Of a DNA stretch of 64,000 nt, positions 21,543 to 31,971 are shown one piece after another. The stretch's first letter is position 1, and every line of letters starts with the position of its first letter. The notes beneath the pieces were generated by a model, which was not told the origin of the DNA, did no database searches, and worked only from the letters and a program-made list of their open reading frames with translations. The DNA comes from an uncultured Clostridia bacterium (GTDB lineage Bacteria > Bacillota > Clostridia > TANB77 > CAG-508). The translations under genes and the position numbers were made by a program. The stretch is from positions 19,228-83,227 of the forward strand of contig CATGLK010000006.1 in NCBI GenBank assembly GCA_949538735.1, written 5' to 3'.

Positions 21543-22077
21543 TACAGTTTAGGTCTAGTCGAATTTCTCTGTTCTCCGCTTAGCATTACTGCTAGAACTG
21601 TTTCCATTTAAGGAGAACATCTACCGTTGGTAGACACCAGATCGCCACTTAAATCTGTACCTTAATCCCTAGACTTCTATGCTACATTTTAGCAAACATT
21701 CTAGAAGTTTTCCTTAACATACATTTTTTAACTTTACTAGTCTTTTTTGCAACTGCAATTTCATAACCTAAAGTAAAATAAATTGGCCTAATTTGTTTTT
21801 ACTTATGTAAAAATTAATCCCAATACCGTCACTCAAGACAGGCTACTCTATGTGTTTCGTGTCTTGGCACTCAACATAGGTTTAACTTAAATTTTTCTTT
21901 AAGCCTCCGCGAAACCAGGGTCACTATGTATGCCATTACATACTCCCCTAATTTCTTTACTCCCTGGATACACACAAAACTGGCATTTCGCGCATAAACA
22001 AGAAACTTCAACGATGTGCCCTTTAGTGGATTTTTAGCCCCACCCTCGTAAAGTTTGTATGACTAGAATAATGCACC
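21543..22077 (-). ncRNA. ole: OLE RNA
   Basis: Starts GGTGCATTATTCTAGTC, contains GGGGCTAAAAATCCACTAAAGGGCACATCG.TGAAGTT and GAGTAGCCTG; 5' CTAGTC pairs with 3' GACTAG; followed by oapA; ends approximate. Confidence 0.88.
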
Positions 22078-22087
22078 ATCGTTATAT

Positions 22088-22116
22088 ATTATACATTTTT
22101 TGGTGAAATATTCCAA
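22088..22116 (-). promoter_or_regulatory. Promoter of ole-oapA
   Basis: TTGGAA-17-TATAAT ending about 10 nt before the OLE 5' end. Confidence 0.6.
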
Positions 22117-22292
22117 GTTTATTTTTGGTCTGTTTTGGTCTTAATTTGAGTTTGGTACTTTCCTTTATTTTCTTATTTCTCGTTTATCCTCACTTTTGCT
22201 CGTTTTTTCTCTCTTTTTTGTCGCTTTGCTTACTCCTTTTGTCTTTACTAAATTGAAGTGTTTAAATTTATGCTTTTGGTGTGCAAAAAAAT

Positions 22293-22328
22293 AACCGTAT
22301 AATTAAATTTCTTTAATTTATACGGTTG
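22293..22328 (-). terminator. Intrinsic terminator after pilin gene
   Basis: AACCGTATAA.TTAAA/TTTAATTTATACGGTT hairpin with T-tract on minus strand. Confidence 0.65.
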
Positions 22329-22380
22329 TATTTTTTATTCTGCTAAATCCGTTTCACATATTAGGTTTTCACAGTACCTC

Positions 22381-23739
22381 CTACTTTATATAAAGTGTGA
22401 GCCTACTGCCATAGCCGTCGTAGGTGCTGATCGGATTGTCGTTGCTGCAGTAGGCTGGCAAAAAGCTGTAGCTGTAATTGCCACCACGATAAACTCGAAA
22501 GCCAGAATTGTTGGCCTCTAATGTCCATTCCCTACTATTTCCTAAAAGGTCATATACATTTTTTATTTTATCTGTTTCTACATAACCTGTTCTTCTTTCT
22601 GTATCTTGGTTTCTAACTGCTCCTGTTACAGGAGTTGGAGAATTAACATTTATATTACTATCTTTATGCATCCAATTCATCATTGCATCATATTGACTTC
22701 CCCATATCATACTACTTACTACTGAAGCTTTATTGTATGTTTTTGCTTTTGTATATAATCCATACCAGCTATTTGTATCAGTTTGTGAAGCATCTGATGA
22801 TCTTTCATTTTTCTTTGATTGGGCGTTTTTATTTTCGTCCAAACTTATTTCATATCTCGCTACATAAAATCCATGATTTATATTTACACTTTTTATCATA
22901 TTATTATAATCACTTTGTAGACTTTCTTCTGTTATCCCTACTGTATTATAACTAGATGCATCTGCATATGAACTATCGGTTAAATATGCTGGCTCTCTAT
23001 AATAATCTGTAGTTGTTGTACAACCACTCATTACTTCTGAACCTGTATCAGTAAAATCATATAATAATCCTCTATATTGTGGATTTTCTGCTGTACCTAA
23101 GTTTATTGCCATTGCCTTATTAGCTGTTCCCTGCTCTTCACTTTCGGCTACTACTGTTGGAACTGGTATCCAAACAAATTCGTTTCCATCGCTTTTCCCT
23201 GTTGTTTCATTAAAATGGTCTGTAATGACCAATCCTTCTGATATATCGTCTAGTCCAGGTACAATTCCAAAACCAACTGGAATTACTGCTGTCTCTCCAC
23301 CTTCTGTATATTTCTTATTACTTCCTGTCACTATCTCTCCAACCTTTGCTGGCTCTAGTGGAACTACTATATTTCCTGTTGCTATATCTAATGTCACATC
23401 ATAACCATTATACTTCACTGTACAAGTATTATCTCCATTATCTATTATGTCTGTATCTTGTAGCCCTAAATTGTTCTTTACATTTGTTTTAAAATCTTCA
23501 TAATTAAATTTTCCAGTATTATCTATACTACCTAAATATTCTAACTTAACAGCTTCTTCTGCTGATGCCTTATCTGTTTTCTCCTTTGAACTTGCTGCTT
23601 TTGTTAAAATTCCATTATCTCCTGTTAATGTCGCAATTGCCACGCCTGCTAGTATTAAAAGTACAATAATTGTTATTACTAATGCTATTAATGTAATACC
23701 TTTGTTATTTACTTTTAGTTTTCTATTTTTTATTTGCAT
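22381..23739 (-). CDS. Type IV pilin-like protein with C-terminal FGE-sulfatase/C-lectin-fold domain (candidate DGR target)
   Basis: KGITLIALVITIIVLLILAGVAI prepilin-like N-terminus; GNEFVWIPV, GFYVARYE, YDLLGN.REWT, RGG, GSRLTLY. Confidence 0.8.
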   Translation of the reverse strand: MQIKNRKLKVNNKGITLIALVITIIVLLILAGVAIATLTGDNGILTKAASSKEKTDKASAEEAVKLEYLGSIDNTGKFNYEDFKTNVKNNLGLQDTDIIDNGDNTCTVKYNGYDVTLDIATGNIVVPLEPAKVGEIVTGSNKKYTEGGETAVIPVGFGIVPGLDDISEGLVITDHFNETTGKSDGNEFVWIPVPTVVAESEEQGTANKAMAINLGTAENPQYRGLLYDFTDTGSEVMSGCTTTTDYYREPAYLTDSSYADASSYNTVGITEESLQSDYNNMIKSVNINHGFYVARYEISLDENKNAQSKKNERSSDASQTDTNSWYGLYTKAKTYNKASVVSSMIWGSQYDAMMNWMHKDSNINVNSPTPVTGAVRNQDTERRTGYVETDKIKNVYDLLGNSREWTLEANNSGFRVYRGGNYSYSFLPAYCSNDNPISTYDGYGSRLTLYIK

Positions 23740-24093
23740 AAAAAACTTCTCCCTTCTCTCTTTTGTTTTCTACTTATCTTTCTTCATTTTTTGTTTCTTT
23801 TCAAATTTTGCTATTTTTACTTAATATTCTTCTTTATCTAAATTATTTCCACTTTTGCAAATAGTATTCCTACCTATTTACTTTTCTAACAAAGATATTA
23901 AATTTTCAAGGTTCCTTTTCTTTACTATTTACAAAAAATAGATTTAATTCATAATTATTTTATAAACAATCACGAATTAAGTCAAGATGTTTTACGAAAT
24001 TATTTCTGCTTTTAAATAAAAAAATCGTATTGACCTGATTTTTCAGTTTCAATACAATTTTCTATATCTAATGCTTACATTTATTTGACATTT

Positions 24094-24765
24094 TTATATA
24101 TTCTTTTTTATTTCGTTGTATATTTCTTCGTGTATATCTTCTATTGTTCTTATGTTATTATCTTTCACGCATTTTATTTCATACCAACCATATTTCTGTG
24201 CTACTTCACATGCTGCTGAGTATGCGTCTTTTAAGTGTTCTGTGTCGCTTTCGTGTATGTCCTTTTTCGTGTCGTGTGTGAATTTGTTTTCTCTATTTGC
24301 CATTAGTTCTAATGATTTTTCTACTGGCATATTTAAAAAGAAAACTTCTGTTGGTATTGGTAGTTTGTATAGGTTAAATTCAAAATCCCATAACCATTTT
24401 AAAAATTTTTCTCTTTCTACTGGGTCTGATATTTTTCCTGCTTGGTGTACCATGTTTGCTGTTGTATATCTATCTGCTAGTATTATTCCGCCTTTTTCAT
24501 AGTATTCTTGGTATCCTGTTTTGAATGTTGCGTATCTGTCTGCTGCATAGAATGTTGATGCTATGTATGGACTTATTTCTTTTGCATTTGTTCCAAATTC
24601 TCCTGATAAATACATTTTTACTAGTGCTGAACTGTCGCTTTCGTAGTTTGGAAAGCTTACTACTTTATAGTCTATTCCGTCTTGTGTTAGCCTTTCTTGT
24701 AGTTTTTTGAATTGTGTTTGTTTTCCGCTTCCGTCTGTTCCGTCTATTACGTATAATTTTCCCAT
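24094..24765 (-). CDS. tmk: Thymidylate kinase
   Basis: IDGTDGSGKQTQ, FPNY, YAADR, DRYTTAN. Confidence 0.9.
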   Translation of the reverse strand: MGKLYVIDGTDGSGKQTQFKKLQERLTQDGIDYKVVSFPNYESDSSALVKMYLSGEFGTNAKEISPYIASTFYAADRYATFKTGYQEYYEKGGIILADRYTTANMVHQAGKISDPVEREKFLKWLWDFEFNLYKLPIPTEVFFLNMPVEKSLELMANRENKFTHDTKKDIHESDTEHLKDAYSAACEVAQKYGWYEIKCVKDNNIRTIEDIHEEIYNEIKKNI

Positions 24766-24840
24766 ATTTTTTCTCCTTCTTTGCTTTTTTCTTTTTTATT
24801 TTACTAGTTTGCTTGGTGAAAATCAATATCTTTTTTGTTT

Positions 24841-24935
24841 TTATTTTACATTTGTATGTTTTGGTATAACCTTGTTCAAAATCAACTGTACGCAATGCAT
24901 TACAAATTTAAATATGCTTTACATTTGGGTATAAT
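24841..24935 (-). CRISPR. Degenerate two-repeat, one-spacer unit beyond the trailer end of array 1
   Basis: 30-nt repeat-like segments at 24841-24870 and 24906-24935, 35-nt spacer; upstream repeat keeps the ATTTAAAT handle. Confidence 0.5.
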
Positions 24936-25039
24936 CATGGAAATTTTCATTTAGATTACTACTAATTTTAGAAATGCATCAGTAGACACATTAAAGACAT
25001 TCGCTATATATTTGAAGTTTGATTTAGTTCATATATATA

Positions 25040-26716
25040 ATTTAAATACATTATATGTTCTAGTCTAACTTTAAAAAATTAAAACTTAATCAAATCTAAA
25101 ATCTTATTTAAATACACTATATGTTCTAGTCTAACGACGGAAATGTAGTAGATAGTTGGACATCAACTAAATTTAAATACAATATATGTTCTAGTCTAAC
25201 ATAATGGACGAGTTCGCCAATGTTAGCTTACCAGAATTTAAATACACTATATGTTCTAGTCTAACAAAGGACATTATAAGAACAGCATTAACTACTTTTA
25301 GATTTAAATACATTATATGTTCTAGTCTAACATGATGTCATCTAGGAAATACTTTATAAAACAAAATTTAAATACATTATATGTTCTAGTCTAACTAATT
25401 CACTTCTTTAAAACTGTATATATATTGCGTATTTAAATACATTATATGTTCTAGTCTAACCCAGTTGCTGGAACAACTGATGTGACATTCAAAACATTTA
25501 AATACATTATATGTTCTAGTCTAACCTGCATAAAACAATATTTCGAAAGGAAAGCAGAAAAAATTTAAATACATTATATGTTCTAGTCTAACCATATACG
25601 TGCCCATATAAATTATTATTTCTATATTATTTAAATACATTATATGTTCTAGTCTAACTGGCAATATGTCCCAGAAATTCTTTACAATTGCTATATTTAA
25701 ATACATTATATGTTCTAGTCTAACTTACTTTTACACTTGCCATTTTTTTACACCTCGTATAATTTAAATACATTATATGTTCTAGTCTAACCTTTATAAA
25801 GGTTGGACCAAACAAGACTTTAACGTTATTTAAATACATTATATGTTCTAGTCTAACACACAGCTACAAAGACGGAACACACGTATATAGCACATTTAAA
25901 TACATTATATGTTCTAGTCTAACATTTCTATGTCTTCTAAGATACCTTCGTTTCGTTTGATTTAAATACATTATATGTTCTAGTCTAACGGAGGTAATTA
26001 ACAATGTTTAATATAATAAAAACAGATTTAAATACATTATATGTTCTAGTCTAACTCATTCCTGTATACAATAAGACAAGTAAAATGTCGAATTTAAATA
26101 CATTATATGTTCTAGTCTAACTGCCTGATTTCTATAAAACTGTATATTATCCAAAAATATTTAAATACATTATATGTTCTAGTCTAACAGTTTGGCTTCT
26201 GCTGTGTCTGGGATGTCTTTTAAATTTAAATACATTATATGTTCTAGTCTAACAATAAATACTAGTAAATGCAATAGATTTTTCAACAGAATTTAAATAC
26301 ATTATATGTTCTAGTCTAACACATTCCTTGCCTACCATATCTCTTAACTCTAAGTCATTTAAATACATTATATGTTCTAGTCTAACTCCATTTATTTCTA
26401 ACTTTTCTTTATCTGTTATTAAATTTAAATACATTATATGTTCTAGTCTAACTAGCTTTGTACAGAATAATTATATTAGAGATTTATTATTTAAATACAT
26501 TATATGTTCTAGTCTAACAGCTTTTTTATTTTTGATTATTTAAATTTGTTAATGGATTTAAATACATTATATGTTCTAGTCTAACAAGACTAATTTTGCA
26601 AGAATAAGGAAATCATATCAATTTAAATACATTATATGTTCTAGTCTAACGTTTGCAAACATTATGCAAATGTCTCAAAGTGATTTATTTAAATACATTA
26701 TATGTTCTAGTCTAAC
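25040..26716 (-). CRISPR. CRISPR array 1, 26 repeats / 25 spacers (manual count)
   Basis: 30-bp repeat GTTAGACTAGAACATATAATGTATTTAAAT, spacers about 34-38 bp, leader toward cas2. Confidence 0.98.
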
Positions 26717-26876
26717 ACCGATAAAATAAGCATTTATCCATAACAATAATAACCTATATCTCCTTAAATATCAACAGTTTTACAAATAAATTTCCAAGTG
26801 ACACACTTTTAGTATCAATTTATTTTTACTAGTAATTACAGCACATTCCAGAATCTCAAATTTCCCACTTGGAAAA
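26717..26876 (-). promoter_or_regulatory. CRISPR leader 1
   Basis: AT-rich; inverted motif TTTCCAAGTG...CACTTGGAAA shared with the leader of array 2. Confidence 0.7.
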
Positions 26877-27164
26877 TTATAATATCAAACCTTCTTGATT
26901 TTTCTCATTTGTCCCCAAAGTTTCTTCTTCAAAAGACGCTCTATTTATCAACTTAATAATTGTTATAAAATCTTCCTTTTTGCAAATAACCTTCTTAAGT
27001 TTTGTCTTTAACTCTATCAAATTACTCGGTGTTATATGGCCTCTAAAAACAGAATTCTGGTGATGAACCAAGTATTGTTTACAGATTTTGAACACCTTAT
27101 TTACTCTTTTTTCATCTATATCATAAAATACAAAAACATAATTATAGTTATATTTATCTCTCAT
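26877..27164 (-). CDS. cas2: Cas2
   Basis: VFVFYDI, HHQNSVFRG. Confidence 0.95.
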   Translation of the reverse strand: MRDKYNYNYVFVFYDIDEKRVNKVFKICKQYLVHHQNSVFRGHITPSNLIELKTKLKKVICKKEDFITIIKLINRASFEEETLGTNEKNQEGLIL

Positions 27165-28162
27165 CTTTTTTCCTCCATATCAAAAGGTTTAAAGTCTCGG
27201 TTTTCCACAAAATCCTTTATCAGTTTATACCCATCTAATTTAATTGCCTTTTTATATGTAATTTTCCTATTCAATTTACTATGTAAAAAAGATTGATTTA
27301 TTCTATCTTCAAATGCTTGTACAAATACTTTTCTTCCTTCTTCATTTAAAATGCAATAATTTAATTCTTTAACAAAATGTTTTTCTACTGTAATTTTTTT
27401 ATTATTTATACAATCGAATATTGTTTTATACACTATAATTGGCTTAAACACTTCTGATAAATCTAAACACAACGAAAATCTTCCTTCACTCGGTTCATGT
27501 AAGAATGATATTTCTTGATTCAAGTGGGTTTGATAAATTTGACTTATTGTTTTTGTATATAACAGTGTGTTTCCAAATGATATCAGTGCATTTATTGGAT
27601 TGTCTGGCGGTCTTTTTACTCTTTTACTCATGATAAAATCTCGTGGTAAAAAATGTTGGAATGAATTGTAAAACTTCGCCCATATTGTTCCTTCTACATA
27701 TAATATTTGTTTTATCTCTTTAGCTGTTTTTAATAATTTCTGTACATCGTTTTTTAGCCAATCCAAATATTCTTTTAGTTCTTTTTTTCCATGTCGATAA
27801 TAATGATATAAAGTAAAATGAATATTATTTGCTATTCCTTGAACTATTGACTTTGCTATTTTTTCTCTTTTTTCTAAATATGCTTTTGCCTGCTTTACTG
27901 TCAATTCTCCACTTATTAAATATTCTTTAGGATAAAATGTTCCTGTATAATGTCCATAATAGTTAAAAAAATGTACTATAACACCAGTTTTTCCTAACAA
28001 ATCTAATAGTTTTGTGCTTATTGTTAATTCATTAAAACAATACAATTCTTTTACATCTTTTATTGGCAAATAGTTATTCCCTTTATCATTTTTGAATTTT
28101 ATAGAAAAGTCTTGTCTATTTAAATCTCCTTTTGAAAAAATATATCTAGTTTCTTCCTTCAT
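27161..28162 (-). CDS. cas1: Cas1 (type I-B)
   Basis: HFFNYYG.YTGTFYP, RPPDNPINALISFGN, SFLHEP...RFSL.LDLSEVFKP. Confidence 0.97.
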   Translation of the reverse strand: MKEETRYIFSKGDLNRQDFSIKFKNDKGNNYLPIKDVKELYCFNELTISTKLLDLLGKTGVIVHFFNYYGHYTGTFYPKEYLISGELTVKQAKAYLEKREKIAKSIVQGIANNIHFTLYHYYRHGKKELKEYLDWLKNDVQKLLKTAKEIKQILYVEGTIWAKFYNSFQHFLPRDFIMSKRVKRPPDNPINALISFGNTLLYTKTISQIYQTHLNQEISFLHEPSEGRFSLCLDLSEVFKPIIVYKTIFDCINNKKITVEKHFVKELNYCILNEEGRKVFVQAFEDRINQSFLHSKLNRKITYKKAIKLDGYKLIKDFVENRDFKPFDMEEKR

Positions 28163-28204
28163 CTTTTATTTCGTCTCTTTCTTCATATTTTTTATTACTA
28201 TTTA

Positions 28205-28699
28205 TTATAGATTACAATAGTCATTATATGCACATTTTTTGCATTTACTTTCTTGTTGTTGATTTGGCGGACTTTGCATGTTGTATAAATTTTCTATTTC
28301 TTTTTTTATTTTCTCTATTTCTGTTGTTATTGTATCATTATTTTTTATATAATGTATTTTACTTTTCTGCTTGTTCTTTTCAAAAACTTCTATTTTACCA
28401 TCTCTTTCTATACCTTTTTGCTTTAATATGTACATATAATATTTTACTTGCATTATTGTTGCTTGCAAGTCTGCATCTGATTTTTTATATTCTACAACAT
28501 ATTTATTTGTTATTTTATCTGCTTTAATATTTTCAATTGATACTTCTGAATTTCCCGAATCATTTTTGTTTTCGTGTAACACTCTCCCTATTCTAACTTC
28601 TTCGCTATTATCTTCTAAATTTATTTTTTTCATAAACAACCAACATTGCCTTTTACAATGTAAATAATAATTTATAATTGTTCCTGTTATTTTTACCAA
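28205..28699 (-). CDS. cas4: Cas4
   Basis: ITGT.INYY.HCKRQCWL, EYKKS, C..CAY.DYC. Confidence 0.95.
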   Translation of the reverse strand: MVKITGTIINYYLHCKRQCWLFMKKINLEDNSEEVRIGRVLHENKNDSGNSEVSIENIKADKITNKYVVEYKKSDADLQATIMQVKYYMYILKQKGIERDGKIEVFEKNKQKSKIHYIKNNDTITTEIEKIKKEIENLYNMQSPPNQQQESKCKKCAYNDYCNL

Positions 28700-31140
28700 A
28701 ATATATCACCACACATTTTTTCATATTTTTCTTTATTGAATTTTTCGTCTTCAATAAAATCTTCTCCATTATCAATATATAAAATATCTCCAAACTCTTC
28801 TGTATAATATTTCTTACAGTTTTCTTTGTCATATATAGCTACTGAATACATAAACAATTCCATTATCTGATGTATTCTAGAAAGTTCAATTTTTCTTTGA
28901 GCATAGCTCAACTCACTATTTAAACATATTGATTTATATTCTTCCCAAATATCACTACCTATAATTTCTTCATTATTCCTAATAATTGTTCTATTTAAAA
29001 ATATTTGCAAATTCATTTGTCCTATTAATTTCATTTTCTTATCTATTGTTTCAAATTGTAAGCTTCTTGTATTCTCTAGAAAACTTTCAAAATTATTATA
29101 ATTATGTTCTTCTCCCCTTTCGTTTATTCCTTTTAACACTTCTTGATAATATTGATCAAAGTCTTTTTCTTGTAGCATATTTTCGTATTTTATTTCCTTT
29201 ATGTTATATATATTTCTAATATCTTTTCGATAGATTTCATTTGTAGGTGTGTAGTCAAAGAAATACGCTTTACAACCTTTCTTTTTACAAGAACGGTTTA
29301 TTCTACCTAAAAATTGTTCTTCTGATTCTATTAGTGATATGTCTTTAAATCCTGTGTCCATATCTATGTCTACACCTGCTTCTATTACCTGTGTACAGAT
29401 TACTATGATGTTTTTTGTGCTTTGAATTTGATTCAATATTTGTTTTCTTATGTATTTGTTATCATCGCCACTCATTTCAACTATTGGTTTGCTTATTTTT
29501 TTGTTTTTTAATAATTTGTAAAATTCCATTGCTGGTTTCTTTTTTATAAATTCGATTAGAAGTTTTTCCTGTTTTTTCTCTCTTGCTTTTATGATATCTG
29601 CTAATGTCTCTAAATCCATTTTGTTTTTTAAATATTTATTATCAATTTGTACCCTTTTTTGAAAAACTGGATTTTGAAAATATTTCTGTTTATTTTTTAT
29701 TAGATTTATGAATTGTTTGTCTTCATTTATTAGTTGGTCTAGTTTTGGTAATGTCGCTGACATTATGATTATTTTTATATTTAGTATTTCACTATATTTT
29801 TTTAGAAAATTGATCATCTCTTTCCAAATTGAATTTTTATATGCTTGTACTTCGTCTATTATTATTACACTATTGCTGAATCTTGATAATATCAAGTTAT
29901 TTTCCTTTCTTGTCCCAAATAAAGCTGAAAATAAGTTTACATGTGATGTTAAGATGACAGGATAATGCATAAAATTGTAATCTAAATATAGTTTTTCATA
30001 ATCAATTTCTTCTGTCTGATTTTCTGTTATTGCTATGCTTGAGTTTTTGCAAATGAAGTCTTTCTCGTATTCAAATATTTTTTCAAATGTCTCTTTTGTT
30101 TGTTCTATCAATGTATTAAATGGAAATATATAAAATATATTATTTATACTTTTGTCTTTTTCTAATATTTTTAGTGCTAAATTTATTGATGTGTTTGTTT
30201 TTCCACTTCCTGTCGGTGCTTCTAAATAGAATATATTTTTATCCAAATTTTCTGTTAGAGTTTTTTCTGCTTCTATAAATATGTCTGATCTTAGGCGATT
30301 TATGTTATTTACTTCTAGAATACTGTTGTCTTTTTTATATGCTTCTATGCTTTGGTATACAGATGTGTGTTTATATTTTTCTATTAATTTTTCTATATCT
30401 TCAATTGTATCTATTTCTACTTCTTCTGAATTCAGATATTCATAAGTTGCATAATAGTCACATGCTGTAATTAATGAATATAATAATTTGTTTAATATGA
30501 AAAATTCTAATTCTTTTACTTTTTCGTATTTTAGTATTTTATCTTTGTCTTTAAATGCGTTAATTTCTAAGTCTGTTTCTAATAGTTCGTCTTTGTTTTT
30601 ATATTCTTGGTAAATCTCTTCTTCTCTTACTTTTTCTAATTTATTTAAAAAATCTGCTGATGATAAATCTTCTAGATTAGAGTGATGCCTTGCTATTTGA
30701 TATGCAAAACAGTAAATTATAGTTTTTATTAATTTGCTTTTTGGAAATTTTTTAATGTTTTTGCAAAATATGTCTATGTATATGAAAGTTGATATTAATG
30801 AGTGTTCGCTCGTGCATGTTTCTATGTTTTTGTATTTGTTGTTTTTCATTTTGTCCCTTTGGAATTTGGGGTTTATTTTTCCTATATCATGTAAGTAGAT
30901 TGCGTTTATGAATAGATTGTATATGTAATCTTTTTCTTCTTTTGTTATTTTTGCGTTTTCAAATGTGTTTTCTATTAGTTTTTTTATGTGCTTATCTATT
31001 TCTTTTTTATTTGATATTTTTTTGTAGTATTTTATTGTTCTGTCTAAGTGCTCTCTTAATGTTTCTGGCTGTTTGTTTGTTTTTATGTGTGCGTATATTT
31101 CTTGTTCATTGTTAATTTGTTCTTCGATTTTTATTAGCAT
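28693..31140 (-). CDS. cas3: Cas3 HD nuclease/helicase
   Basis: HDIGK, APTGSGKT, IIDEVQ, MSATLP, QVIEAGVDID, GRINR. Confidence 0.97.
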   Translation of the reverse strand: MLIKIEEQINNEQEIYAHIKTNKQPETLREHLDRTIKYYKKISNKKEIDKHIKKLIENTFENAKITKEEKDYIYNLFINAIYLHDIGKINPKFQRDKMKNNKYKNIETCTSEHSLISTFIYIDIFCKNIKKFPKSKLIKTIIYCFAYQIARHHSNLEDLSSADFLNKLEKVREEEIYQEYKNKDELLETDLEINAFKDKDKILKYEKVKELEFFILNKLLYSLITACDYYATYEYLNSEEVEIDTIEDIEKLIEKYKHTSVYQSIEAYKKDNSILEVNNINRLRSDIFIEAEKTLTENLDKNIFYLEAPTGSGKTNTSINLALKILEKDKSINNIFYIFPFNTLIEQTKETFEKIFEYEKDFICKNSSIAITENQTEEIDYEKLYLDYNFMHYPVILTSHVNLFSALFGTRKENNLILSRFSNSVIIIDEVQAYKNSIWKEMINFLKKYSEILNIKIIIMSATLPKLDQLINEDKQFINLIKNKQKYFQNPVFQKRVQIDNKYLKNKMDLETLADIIKAREKKQEKLLIEFIKKKPAMEFYKLLKNKKISKPIVEMSGDDNKYIRKQILNQIQSTKNIIVICTQVIEAGVDIDMDTGFKDISLIESEEQFLGRINRSCKKKGCKAYFFDYTPTNEIYRKDIRNIYNIKEIKYENMLQEKDFDQYYQEVLKGINERGEEHNYNNFESFLENTRSLQFETIDKKMKLIGQMNLQIFLNRTIIRNNEEIIGSDIWEEYKSICLNSELSYAQRKIELSRIHQIMELFMYSVAIYDKENCKKYYTEEFGDILYIDNGEDFIEDEKFNKEKYEKMCGDIFW

Positions 31141-31250
31141 TTTTTCTCCTTTTTTTGTTTTCATTATATATTATTGTACTTATTATTACAAGTTGTTTTG
31201 GGTGTATTTTTAGTTGGTGTTCTGTTTTTTATAATTTTATATTTGTTTAT

Positions 31251-31807
31251 ATTGATGTACACTATATGTTGTAGTCTAACTCGCTGATTCTTTGGTATTA
31301 CATGATTATTAAGATAGTTTAAATACACTATATGTTCTAGTCTAACAAAGTTTACAGAGCTTATGGATAATTGCTTTTACGAATTTAAATACACTATATG
31401 TTCTAGTCTAACAAACAATATAGAAGATGCAGAATTAAAAAGAATACCATTTAAATACACTATATGTTCTAGTCTAACAGAACAAACAGAAACAAGCCAA
31501 AAACTAACACAGCAATTTAAATACACTATATGTTCTAGTCTAACTCGGCACCTATCATCACTTTCCCACCTGCTTGAAATATTTAAATACACTATATGTT
31601 CTAGTCTAACTGCAATTACTAAAAAGCTACAAATAAAGCCTAAATCTATTTAAATACACTATATGTTCTAGTCTAACCTGTTGATTAAACCTTTTATTTT
31701 TTCGTCATTCAGATTTAAATACACTATATGTTCTAGTCTAACTTATAGACAGAAATGAAAGGAGTAGTTAAAATGTAATTTAAATACACTATATGTTCTA
31801 GTCTAAC
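31251..31807 (-). CRISPR. CRISPR array 2, 9 repeats / 8 spacers, between cas5 and cas3
   Basis: Repeat GTTAGACTAGAACATATAGTGTATTTAAAT; degenerate trailer repeat at 31251-31280. Confidence 0.97.
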
Positions 31808-31971
31808 CTCCGAAAAAATCGGGAATTTTACTAACATAAATTCTGAATTTTCCTTAAAATATCCGTACTTCCTAAAAAGCTTTCCAAGTGAATCCTTTTT
31901 TAGTCAAATCTTTAAATTACTGATATATCAGTAATTCTAGACATCTGCTGAAATCCATTTGGAAAAATCAA
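31808..31971 (-). promoter_or_regulatory. CRISPR leader 2
   Basis: TTTCCAAGTGA...CATTTGGAAAA motif as in leader 1. Confidence 0.7.

Noticed and set aside
25521-31653. Short ORFs with VRLEHIMYLN or FKYTICSSLT repeats
   Set aside because: Translations of CRISPR repeats
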